From: Planctomycetota bacterium
Lineage (GTDB): Bacteria > Planctomycetota > SZUA-567
Direction: 5' to 3'
DNA: 64,000 nt
Assembly: GCA_965140405.1 (NCBI GenBank)
Contig: OZ223208.1
Coordinates: 2,784,081-2,848,080, forward strand
The position numbers and the translations under genes are program-made. Each line of letters starts with the position of its first letter. Position 1 is the first letter of the stretch. Below, piece by piece: positions 10,411 to 18,659 of the stretch. The notes beneath the pieces are model-generated. The model was not told the DNA's origin. It made no database searches and saw only the letters and a list, made by a program, of their open reading frames with translations.

Positions 10411-10725
10411 ATGGTCGTTAGAAGACTTGCAGCATTTTTCTCACTACTGGCTTTCGTGATTTTTGCAACCACTTGGATAATAAGAAGACTTCTTGGCCTC
10501 TCAACATCTGATGTTATCTCGATGTTTAGCCAAGGGGTAGTAATAATTTTTGGATTCTTCATCATTGGGATGATACTTTCAAGAATGGGTATTTCACTTA
10601 TTAGAGAGTTTCTTGATGAAAAAGAGAGTGAAGAAGAGGATAAGCGCGAACGTGCTAGGAGTTTGTATTTGAATGCACTTTCAAGTACACCTGGAGTAGA
10701 CGCGTCAGATCTAGATGATCTATAA
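10411..10725 (+). CDS. Small two-TM membrane protein with acidic tail, unknown function, in the position usually held by flhG
   Basis: 104 aa; AAGGAG RBS 7 nt upstream; two hydrophobic helices then EKESEEEDKRERAR...DASDLDDL. No MinD/ParA Walker A. Confidence 0.6.
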   Translation: MVVRRLAAFFSLLAFVIFATTWIIRRLLGLSTSDVISMFSQGVVIIFGFFIIGMILSRMGISLIREFLDEKESEEEDKRERARSLYLNALSSTPGVDASDLDDL

Positions 10726-10795
10726 ATAAGTATTTATTAGTACTGTTAAAGAATTATATGATTATTTCGTTATTTACTAACAACAGGGAGATACA

Positions 10796-11599
10796 ATGAA
10801 CAGACATAACGAATATTACGGACCACCATCGACACTTACCGATGAAGAAGTTGCAATACTCTGGCAGGATTATGTAACAGAAAGATCTCAGCTTGTTAGA
10901 GATTCACTGATTGAACACTACATGACACAGGTCTACCAGACAGCTGAGCGTATGGCATCAAAGCTTCCAGACCATGTCAATGTAAACGACCTTATAGGTT
11001 GGGGAACACTAGGTCTTATTGATGCAATCAATAGATTTGACCCAAGTAGAGAGATAAAGTTCTCAACATACTGTAGTTCGAGAATATCGGGGCAGATAAT
11101 CGATGAACTCCGCAGGCTAGACTGGATTCCACGCCTAGTAAGGGTACGCGTACACCAGTTAGAGAGAACTCGTGACGCTCTGAGCTCAAAACTTGGCCGT
11201 ATTCCTGACGACGAAGAGATTGCTCAAGAGATGGAAATGAATATGGATCAGTACGACGACTTCATCAAGGATACCCGAGTTAAAAGCATTGTATCATTAA
11301 ACCGCAAGTGGGACGAAGATGATGACGGAGAACTTGGTCAAATTGAGATGCTTCCTGATGCTACAGCGACAAATCCTCTTACAGAATTACAACGTGCTGA
11401 GATCAAAGAGATCGCAATAAAAGGTCTTAATGAAAAGCAGAAGCAGGTTCTTGTCATGTACTACTTTGATAATCTCAACTTGAAAGATATTGGCGACATT
11501 TTAGAGCTTTCAGAGAGTAGAGTCAGCCAAATTCATGCTCAGGTACTCGAATTTCTCAAAGAGAAATTTACTGAGCGTCAATTGACCCACGTGCAATAG
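10796..11599 (+). CDS. fliA: Flagellar sigma factor sigma-28 (FliA)
   Basis: 267 aa sigma-70 family, regions 2-4 recognisable (GWGTLGLIDAINRFD, FSTYCSSRISGQIIDELR, region 4.2 LKDIGDILELSESRVSQIHAQ); follows flhF cluster. Confidence 0.9.
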   Translation: MNRHNEYYGPPSTLTDEEVAILWQDYVTERSQLVRDSLIEHYMTQVYQTAERMASKLPDHVNVNDLIGWGTLGLIDAINRFDPSREIKFSTYCSSRISGQIIDELRRLDWIPRLVRVRVHQLERTRDALSSKLGRIPDDEEIAQEMEMNMDQYDDFIKDTRVKSIVSLNRKWDEDDDGELGQIEMLPDATATNPLTELQRAEIKEIAIKGLNEKQKQVLVMYYFDNLNLKDIGDILELSESRVSQIHAQVLEFLKEKFTERQLTHVQ

Positions 11600-11771
11600 T
11601 AGTAAATTATTTCATTATTGTATATAATTCACTTGCGTAAGGAGTATATAAGGTAGTATACTGAATATAGATAGTAGCGATAAACGCACCCTTTTTGGAG
11701 AAGGATGTACCGCTTGTTTATGACAATAACAACTGTAAGCTAGTAAGCATACATTTTAGCGAGGTGAGAAT

Positions 11772-12101
11772 ATGTCTTCAATAATTCTAGGTGATCAGGC
11801 AATGAAGGCGAGCTTCATAAGTCAGATACAGGATAGATCTGTTGATATAGAGCGTTCAAGCGCTCAGGCTCACAATGCATTTAATGAAGAGCTTGCAAGG
11901 CGTGCTGAAGAGGTTGTTGAAGAGACAGAGCAAGCAGAGAATAATGGAATAAAAGATGATGACGAGAGGGGCCACGAGCAGAAACAACAGAAACGTCGTC
12001 GTCGTCACCCGGAAGAACCAGAAGGTGACGAACTCCTCGAAAACTGGCCAATGGGTCCAAACGATGATGGTCAACCACATAGTCTCAATATTATTGCTTA
12101 G
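11772..12101 (+). CDS. Hypothetical highly charged, probably disordered protein downstream of fliA
   Basis: 109 aa, GAGGTGA RBS; acidic blocks flanking KQQKRRRRH; followed by a strong terminator. No FlgM-like C-terminal helices recognised. Confidence 0.5.
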   Translation: MSSIILGDQAMKASFISQIQDRSVDIERSSAQAHNAFNEELARRAEEVVEETEQAENNGIKDDDERGHEQKQQKRRRRHPEEPEGDELLENWPMGPNDDGQPHSLNIIA

Positions 12102-12135
12102 CTATACAATATACAACTAATAAGTTTGTATAAAA

Positions 12136-12177
12136 AAGAGAAGCTGTCCCCTCCCTGTGGACCACTTCTCTTTTTTA
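12136..12177 (+). terminator. Rho-independent terminator
   Basis: AGAGAAGCTGTCC...GGACCACTTCTCT stem followed by T6. Confidence 0.8.
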
Positions 12178-12220
12178 TTTCTACTACCTTTTCATAATAC
12201 TCCTTGTTGATTTATTTATT

Positions 12221-12248
12221 ATTTCAAACTTAATAATTAGTTTGAAAT
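12221..12248. repeat. Inverted repeat ATTTCAAACT-N8-AGTTTGAAAT upstream of the L,D-transpeptidase gene
   Basis: Perfect 10-bp arms read directly; ~70 bp upstream of ATG 12320; possible operator. Confidence 0.5.
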
Positions 12249-12319
12249 AGAACGGTTATATCTCTAAAATTGATATATTCAATATAAGTTGAAAAACCTA
12301 TAAAAAGGAATAAGTACCC

Positions 12320-13870
12320 ATGAGTGATAAAGATGAGAAAAATGGTCTAAAAATGTATCCAGGCGTCAGCCTTGGTAGTGCGAGAAAAAAGGGCATTTCC
12401 AAGTTTAAGATCACATTGCTATTAATAATTGTAATTGTTGGCGCATCAGCCGGGGGATACTGGATAAATAGCGAATTTATCTCCTCTGAAAAAGACATAC
12501 CTGAAGTAGTTGAAATCATTGAATCAGACCCAGCCCCTGCGGAGACAGTCTCTGAAGCTACAGATTCAGAACTAGACCTAGACATCTCCCTTTCTCCAGA
12601 GCCCCAAAGGGATATAGTCGAGGAGACAGCTGTAAATGAGCCTGACCTTGCTAACGAAGCTTCAACTCTTAGCAATGATGATTTAGCCCTAGATAATATT
12701 CTAGAAGAGCCTGAAGAACAATCCCAAGTTACCACTATTGAACCGGTAACAGAAGAAGAGACCAGTATAATCGATGACACAATCTCGGCAGCAAGTGACG
12801 CAGTAGATGTCGTAACAGAGACAATTACTGAAGCAGTATCCGACCCAACACCTACCATAGGAACCAAAGGTAGCGTTATTGATGCCATTAAACTTTCAGA
12901 TGCAGCAATGGCAGAGAAGGATTACCCAGATGCACTCTCATCCCTATCCGACTTCACTTCATTACCAGCGGAGTCACTTGGTAAATTAGCTCCAGATGTA
13001 TACTACCGAGCAGGACTAGCCAACAGATATCTTAAGAATGAGACTGAAGCCCAAAACTACTGGTTGAAAGCATATCAAAATTACCCAAATACTATTACAG
13101 GAAGACTCGCAGCACTAGCTCTTGCTGATACGTGGTACTATTGGTATGTCGAATCAAACCGAGATTTCAGCAAGTGGGAATCAATAAGAGATGCATATTC
13201 AACTGCTATCGGCATGGATGGAGCACGTTTTATGGCTCCTGCAACCGAGGCACAGACTGCGTCAAGACTTACTTATTTAAACCAGAAACTGGTATTCGAT
13301 CCAACCGTGAAGGTAGCAGGTGCAATATTCCATAAAGTAGAGCCGGGAGAGTATATTAGTACTATTGCCAGCGAGTACGGACTAGGTACTTGGAGCTCTA
13401 TCGTTGATATCAACAAAGTAAATCCCAAGAATTTAAAGGTAGGTATGACCCTCAAGGTTATGCCTGGTAGACTCTTTGTCTTGGTTGACAAGCGTAACTT
13501 CACCCTATCGTGGTATCTTGATGGCAAGTTTATCAAGCGCTACAAATGTGCTGTCGGAGCGGTTGATTCCGAGACACCGGCAGGTCATTATGAGATATTC
13601 AAAATGGATGCTGAACCAAACTGGACAGATCCTAAAACTGGCAAAGTTTATAAATACGGTGAAGAAGGCCACGCAATAGGTAGCAGATGGCTAGCAATGC
13701 GAGGTGGCAGCAAGACAGGGCTAGGGATTCACGGTACGATAGTACCTGAGAGTATTGGCACCAAAGCATCTAATGGCTGCATAAGGCTGTTAAATAAGGA
13801 TGTTGAAGAACTATACGGCTTTGCTAGCATTGCTAATAACAACGAATCTGAAGTACTTGTAATAGAGTAG
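12320..13870 (+). CDS. LysM-domain L,D-transpeptidase (YkuD family) with membrane anchor and acidic low-complexity linker
   Basis: 516 aa; TM near N-terminus; LysM GEYISTIASEYGLGTWSSIVDINKVNPKNLKVGMTLKV; YkuD catalytic GIHGT...SNGCIRL. Confidence 0.85.
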   Translation: MSDKDEKNGLKMYPGVSLGSARKKGISKFKITLLLIIVIVGASAGGYWINSEFISSEKDIPEVVEIIESDPAPAETVSEATDSELDLDISLSPEPQRDIVEETAVNEPDLANEASTLSNDDLALDNILEEPEEQSQVTTIEPVTEEETSIIDDTISAASDAVDVVTETITEAVSDPTPTIGTKGSVIDAIKLSDAAMAEKDYPDALSSLSDFTSLPAESLGKLAPDVYYRAGLANRYLKNETEAQNYWLKAYQNYPNTITGRLAALALADTWYYWYVESNRDFSKWESIRDAYSTAIGMDGARFMAPATEAQTASRLTYLNQKLVFDPTVKVAGAIFHKVEPGEYISTIASEYGLGTWSSIVDINKVNPKNLKVGMTLKVMPGRLFVLVDKRNFTLSWYLDGKFIKRYKCAVGAVDSETPAGHYEIFKMDAEPNWTDPKTGKVYKYGEEGHAIGSRWLAMRGGSKTGLGIHGTIVPESIGTKASNGCIRLLNKDVEELYGFASIANNNESEVLVIE

Positions 13871-13897
13871 TAATTATTAATATTACTAATAATTACT

Positions 13898-13936
13898 CCA
13901 TCCACCTCTGCTTTATAGCGGGTGGATGTTTTATTT
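13898..13936 (+). terminator. Rho-independent terminator
   Basis: CATCCACC(13899-13906)/GGTGGATG(13921-13928) then TTTTATTT. Confidence 0.7.
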
Positions 13937-14002
13937 ACGATGAAAGGACATAGTTTCATTTTACTTTGCAACAACAGAATTAGTATTGCTTACCTATATA
14001 AT

Positions 14003-14037
14003 AAAAACAGGTACTCCAATTAGGAGTACCTGTTTTT
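14003..14037. terminator. Bidirectional terminator hairpin
   Basis: AAAAACAGGTACTCC-AATT-GGAGTACCTGTTTTT, perfect 15-bp stem with A/T runs on both sides; between convergent genes. Confidence 0.85.
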
Positions 14038-14070
14038 ATATAATTATCCTCAGAAATTTGAGCGGCTCTA

Positions 14071-14613
14071 CTAGAACCAATTTGTCTGAGTGGAATAATT
14101 AGGCGCAGCGGTAGGACCAAACCAAGCTACAGGCTGCTCAATACCAGGTACAACAGGTTGTGCTGGTGGAGTACCAATGATAGTAGGCAGTTGCTGTGAA
14201 CCTTGTGAAGGTGCGATCGGCACACCATACGACGCGCCATACCCATTAGGAGTATTCATAAGCATTGGTTGAGCAACAACCGGTACAGTAGATCTAATAG
14301 GAATAAGTTGTTTTTTCACAACCGGACCATTAGCTGTATACTCTGTTGCGTAAACCTCTTCATAACTAGTTACAATCTGAGTTGCTTGAGGCACCATCAT
14401 AGGCATTACCGGCATCACAGCCATTCCAGGCATACCACCACCATATTGGCATTGATTATGAGGTATCTGATTCTGACATGGTTGACATACTGCATTACCT
14501 ACTTCATTACCAACCTCTACAGCTTCTGGATCTGTATAATAATTGTTTGTTGTTCCGCAACCTGTCATAACGATTGTTATAATTAAGGCCACCCCCGCAG
14601 CGAATAATTTCAT
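14071..14613 (-). CDS. Lipoprotein, Met/Pro/Gln-rich
   Basis: 180 aa; MKLFAAGVALIITIVMTGC lipobox; CQPCQNQIPHNQC and GGMPGMAVMPVMPMMVP segments. Confidence 0.7.
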   Translation of the reverse strand: MKLFAAGVALIITIVMTGCGTTNNYYTDPEAVEVGNEVGNAVCQPCQNQIPHNQCQYGGGMPGMAVMPVMPMMVPQATQIVTSYEEVYATEYTANGPVVKKQLIPIRSTVPVVAQPMLMNTPNGYGASYGVPIAPSQGSQQLPTIIGTPPAQPVVPGIEQPVAWFGPTAAPNYSTQTNWF

Positions 14614-14956
14614 TTTCTTTCCCCCGATATATTAAATATTAAAAGTGATTATAATCTGTCTTATTTTCTTTGACACCCTTATATACGGTTTAACCTCAAT
14701 AGTCCTTGACAATTTTCACACAATATCAATCGGAAAGATGTAATTCCAAAAATCATAATTCATAATACTTGCTAATTGACAGCATATTCTTTATTGGTCA
14801 TTTACCCACAGTAATCATAATATAATCTCTATTTCGAAGGATTAATCTAGTTTTATTACAGAATTAAGTATAAGGATATTGCTGATTCTTATACATAACT
14901 ATATAATTAAGTAATAATGAAATGAAGATACAAAAACCCGAAAGGATGCAAAAATA

Positions 14957-16261
14957 ATGCCTAATAAAATTATAGCACTACTATTAATGATTACTTTATA
15001 TTCAAGCTCAGCCCTAAGAGCAGAAACGTTAGAAGAAAAGAAACCAAACAACGACTCTGTAGCAGTTCAAGAGCAACCAGATTTTGCCACAGATGATGCT
15101 GGCAAAGCAGCTCAAGACCTTCCTTTTGCCAAGACTCCAGAAGGCTGGACAGATTCTCTGCGTGCAGCTCTAAACAAAGCAAGAGCAGAGAACAAGTACA
15201 TCCTAGCCTTATTTACCGGAAGTGACTGGTGTCACTACTGCACACAGCTCAAAAAAGAAGTATTCTCTACACCAGAGTTTCAAGCATGGGCAGATAAGAA
15301 TGTTGTAAAACTATATCTAGACTTCCCAAAGTATCACCAACTTCCAGAACAGACAAAAGCGCAGAATGTTGCACTATTCCAACGGTTTGGCATACAGGGT
15401 TTCCCTACGGCATTATTCTTTACACCTCAAGGACAAGCACTCACAACTATAGGCTACCTGCCAGGTGGTGGCGCAAACTGGATAAAGCAAGTAGAGATGT
15501 TACTACCAAAGACCCTAAAGGTTGAAAAATCCCTAACTGTAGCGATGAAAGATAGCGCAGCAAATGATATCCCATTACTTCTAGGTATCTATGACAGCAA
15601 GGCAAAGAGCGCTCCAGTGGCAAAGGATAATATTGACCAGACATTCTCTTCTCCCGACCTGCTACTTCCTTCAGGAAAAGAGATCGTACTTTCAAAAATT
15701 GACTATTCAAAACTAACACCAACGCAGAAAAAAATGCTCAGTTCAGTATCTACAAGCAAAGCATTCCCCAAATACATCTTGCTAAGTTCCAAACGGGATG
15801 CGATATATTCTAGCGAACAGAGTCACCTCCAACCTGCAGAACTTGCTCAAAAGATCTCTTCATACCTAATCAAACCTGAGTATGACGGAAAATGGCTGCA
15901 GGATTATTCTGAAGGTCTGAAACTAGCGAGACTCTACAACAAACCTCTCCTGCTATTCTTTACAGGTAGTGATTGGTGTGGTTACTGTGAACAGATGCAA
16001 AAAAATATCTTTAAAACTGAGGAGTTTGCAAAAAAGTCCAAGGACTATATACTTGTAGAGCTAGACTTCCCACGAGGTTTTGAGCTTCCTGAAAATATCA
16101 GAATGCAGAACGACGTAGTAATGAATGCTTTCAATATAGAGGGCTTCCCAACAATAGTTCTAGAAAGTAGCAATGGCATGCCGATAGGCGGCTTTGGATA
16201 TACAGCGAGCCAGAGTGTTTCTGATTTCTTCGAAACAATTGAGAAGTCGCTAGAACAATAG
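14957..16261 (+). CDS. Exported protein with two thioredoxin-fold CxxC modules
   Basis: 434 aa; signal peptide; FTGSDWCHYCTQLKKEVF and FTGSDWCGYCEQMQKNIF, each followed by GFPT motif (cis-Pro loop). Confidence 0.8.
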   Translation: MPNKIIALLLMITLYSSSALRAETLEEKKPNNDSVAVQEQPDFATDDAGKAAQDLPFAKTPEGWTDSLRAALNKARAENKYILALFTGSDWCHYCTQLKKEVFSTPEFQAWADKNVVKLYLDFPKYHQLPEQTKAQNVALFQRFGIQGFPTALFFTPQGQALTTIGYLPGGGANWIKQVEMLLPKTLKVEKSLTVAMKDSAANDIPLLLGIYDSKAKSAPVAKDNIDQTFSSPDLLLPSGKEIVLSKIDYSKLTPTQKKMLSSVSTSKAFPKYILLSSKRDAIYSSEQSHLQPAELAQKISSYLIKPEYDGKWLQDYSEGLKLARLYNKPLLLFFTGSDWCGYCEQMQKNIFKTEEFAKKSKDYILVELDFPRGFELPENIRMQNDVVMNAFNIEGFPTIVLESSNGMPIGGFGYTASQSVSDFFETIEKSLEQ

Positions 16262-16284
16262 CATTTTAAATATGACACACCAAT

Positions 16285-16327
16285 ATAGTCAGCATTACAA
16301 TAAGATTGTAGTGCTGACTATTTATTT
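16285..16327 (+). terminator. Rho-independent terminator
   Basis: ATAGTCAGCA/TGCTGACTAT stem then TTTATTT. Confidence 0.7.
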
Positions 16328-16447
16328 AATATACGGATATTCCGATTCTTACCACTTTTATAATTGACTTTATTGTCAAATTACTGCATAGTTAACAATT
16401 ATAGTAGTAATTTTCAGATTTAATTAAAACAATAATAGGGAGAAGTT

Positions 16448-17005
16448 ATGAACACACTCAACGATACACAGATTGACATCACTCCAGAGCTAAGAGCAAG
16501 CCGCTCCGTACTCATTATTCTAGGTGTGTTACAAATTTTATTTGGTATGATTGCGCTAAGTGTGCCGTGGATCGTAAGCGATGCTGTGGCAAAGGTTGTA
16601 GCTATACTATTTATTATTGCTGGTTTCGTACAATTCTTCCAAGCACTCCATAGTCACTTTGGTTCAAAGATGAAATGCGCAGTTGGAATACTTGTTTCCA
16701 TATTATATGTTGCGGCCGGTGTATTTCTACTACTCCACCCTGCAAAGGCTATAATAGCTCTTACGCTTATTGTCGGCTGGTTCTTTACAGCCAAAGGAAT
16801 TATCCTGATGATAGAGGCACTAAGAACCAAGAGCACTAAGGGTTGGATGATGTTCAATGCAGCAGTAACACTTATTCTTGGGCTAATGATTCTTATTGAT
16901 ATCCAAGGCGGTTCAATCTGGATTATAGGAGTTCTAGTTGGAATAAACTTCATCATTACAGGCTGGACAGCACTATTACTTGGAATGAGTATCTCAAAGA
17001 ACTAA
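16448..17005 (+). CDS. HdeD/DUF308-like polytopic membrane protein
   Basis: 185 aa, six hydrophobic helices in repeated pairs with small-residue-rich pattern typical of HdeD family (recognised by eye). Confidence 0.6.
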   Translation: MNTLNDTQIDITPELRASRSVLIILGVLQILFGMIALSVPWIVSDAVAKVVAILFIIAGFVQFFQALHSHFGSKMKCAVGILVSILYVAAGVFLLLHPAKAIIALTLIVGWFFTAKGIILMIEALRTKSTKGWMMFNAAVTLILGLMILIDIQGGSIWIIGVLVGINFIITGWTALLLGMSISKN

Positions 17006-17031
17006 AATCTAGTATCACAATTTAACCTATT

Positions 17032-17058
17032 AGAGACCACTCACTGTGAGTGGTCTCT
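17032..17058. terminator. Palindromic hairpin between convergent genes (overlaps birA stop)
   Basis: AGAGACCACTCAC-T-GTGAGTGGTCTCT, 13-bp perfect arms. Confidence 0.6.
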
Positions 17059-17793
17059 CTTTATAGATACATCACCAGACCAAAATTCTTTTCTCTCTCC
17101 TCCAGGAAGCTCTAATACGATCTGCCCACTCTCAGCAAAATCAACCAATACACCAGAAATTACACTTCCAGAATTATCAAGCTCAACCTCCTCATGGTAT
17201 TTCCAAGCAATTTTGAGCCACTCCTCCCTTATACCTTCAAACCCTCCATCCTCCCACATACTCAGAGATTCTTCAATATAAGGTAGCAAGTTGAGCAACT
17301 CTTGCTCTTGATTTGACTCAACTCCTGTCTCTATCAACAGAGAAGTCGCTGGCTTCTCCAATTCACTTGCTTTACTAAGGCTCAAATTTAGATTTACCCC
17401 AGTACCAACGATTATATAATCCTTGCCGTCACATACAGCTACCTCTGATAGTATGCCACATATCTTATTATCCCCAACAAGTACATCATTAGGCCACTTG
17501 CCTTTTGCATCTACTCCTTTACTTATCAGATACTTACAAACCCCAAGTCCAGTAGCCATTGGTATTGTTGCAATCTTAGGAAAAGACTGTGCTGTAGATA
17601 TCAAAATCGAAAATGTAAGGTTCTGCCCTTTCTCTGTCAGCCATACCCTATCAAATCTCCCTCTTCCTGCAAATTGCTCTTTTGCAGCAAAGACGTACCC
17701 ACTATCGACTATACTTCCATTTTCCACACCAAGCTTTACCTCTTTATTTGTTGACCCAACAGAGTCGACCCATACTGGGTTCATTAGCTTCAT
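17041..17793 (-). CDS. birA: Biotin--protein ligase (group I, no N-terminal HTH)
   Basis: GRGRFDRVW biotin-ligase signature, KWPNDV; track start GTG 17805, preferred ATG 17793 with GGAGG 5 nt upstream. Confidence 0.85.
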   Translation of the reverse strand: MKLMNPVWVDSVGSTNKEVKLGVENGSIVDSGYVFAAKEQFAGRGRFDRVWLTEKGQNLTFSILISTAQSFPKIATIPMATGLGVCKYLISKGVDAKGKWPNDVLVGDNKICGILSEVAVCDGKDYIIVGTGVNLNLSLSKASELEKPATSLLIETGVESNQEQELLNLLPYIEESLSMWEDGGFEGIREEWLKIAWKYHEEVELDNSGSVISGVLVDFAESGQIVLELPGGERKEFWSGDVSIKRDHSQ

Positions 17794-18305
17794 AATATCC
17801 TCCACAAATTTTCTATTTTGCGCACCACCTACAACAGATCACCTAACATAACTAATTAAAATATCTAATTCTTTATTAACATTAATAGATATTATAGTAG
17901 GTATTATCCTGATTACCAGACAATCTTAAAGAGACTTCAAAACAACAAAAAAAACACATAAATGTATCTTTTTAAAAATGCTAAAACAGGATAAATTTTA
18001 AATGAAATTTTGAGTATATTCAGGAAAATACGGAAAATTTGAACATACTAGCATTCAGTAATTATTTACTGGGACTAAAAAAAGATTATTGATTTCGACA
18101 AATAAGTATTGATTAATTTAGGTATTATGTTAATATTGTAGAGATTTAGTAGAGAGATAGCCGAATAATTAACGATAAGACGTTGTCGTTTTACTCAATG
18201 GGGAATTCCTTGGGTTCATAATCTACCAGATAATATTAATTTAATAAATTAGCATATATTTTACGAATTTGTATTTAATTTGACAGACAGAGAAAGGTTT
18301 TAATT

Positions 18306-18536
18306 ATGACAAATGTCCTAGGAGTCGGCTTAGAATTGCTAGTTCTAGGTATGGGTGGAGTATTCTTATTCCTCATCGTACTTGTAGTTCTTATGAAAAT
18401 CTCAGCTAGTTTTTTCACTACGTTTGGTCACCTCTTCCCAGATGCAGAGGTAAAGACTGTGAAAAAAGCCGCAGCTAGTAGTGGAAACGAAGAGATTGCA
18501 GTTGCTATTGCTGCGATGACAGCTCACACAAAATAG
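18306..18536 (+). CDS. oadG: Oxaloacetate decarboxylase gamma subunit
   Basis: 76 aa, single N-terminal TM, precedes oadA/oadB. Confidence 0.75.
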   Translation: MTNVLGVGLELLVLGMGGVFLFLIVLVVLMKISASFFTTFGHLFPDAEVKTVKKAAASSGNEEIAVAIAAMTAHTK

Positions 18537-18659
18537 TGGAGCTAAGGTTTTGGTAGTTTTGGATTAAACATATTGCCAATACCACTTATGATTGAGTAAT
18601 AAATTTATATTTTTAAATATGTAATATTTCATTTTCATTAATTAATTAGGAGAGTAATC

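Noticed and set aside
11657-11683. Sigma-28-like -10 (AGCGATAA) upstream of the charged ORF after fliA
   Set aside because: The -10 matches 6/8, but the -35 region at the proper spacing (TATACTGA) matches only about 4/8. This is too weak to call.
12298-12888. 196-aa minus-strand ORF overlapping the 5' part of the L,D-transpeptidase gene
   Set aside because: It lies antisense to a well-supported gene and has Ser/Thr/Val low-complexity sequence mirroring the acidic linker on the other strand. It has no RBS. This is a typical shadow ORF.
18170-18192. AACGATAAGACGTTGTCGTTTT hairpin in the 500-bp oadG upstream region as a riboswitch or attenuator
   Set aside because: It is a short imperfect stem with no recognisable conserved riboswitch core. 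It cannot be supported without covariance analysis.
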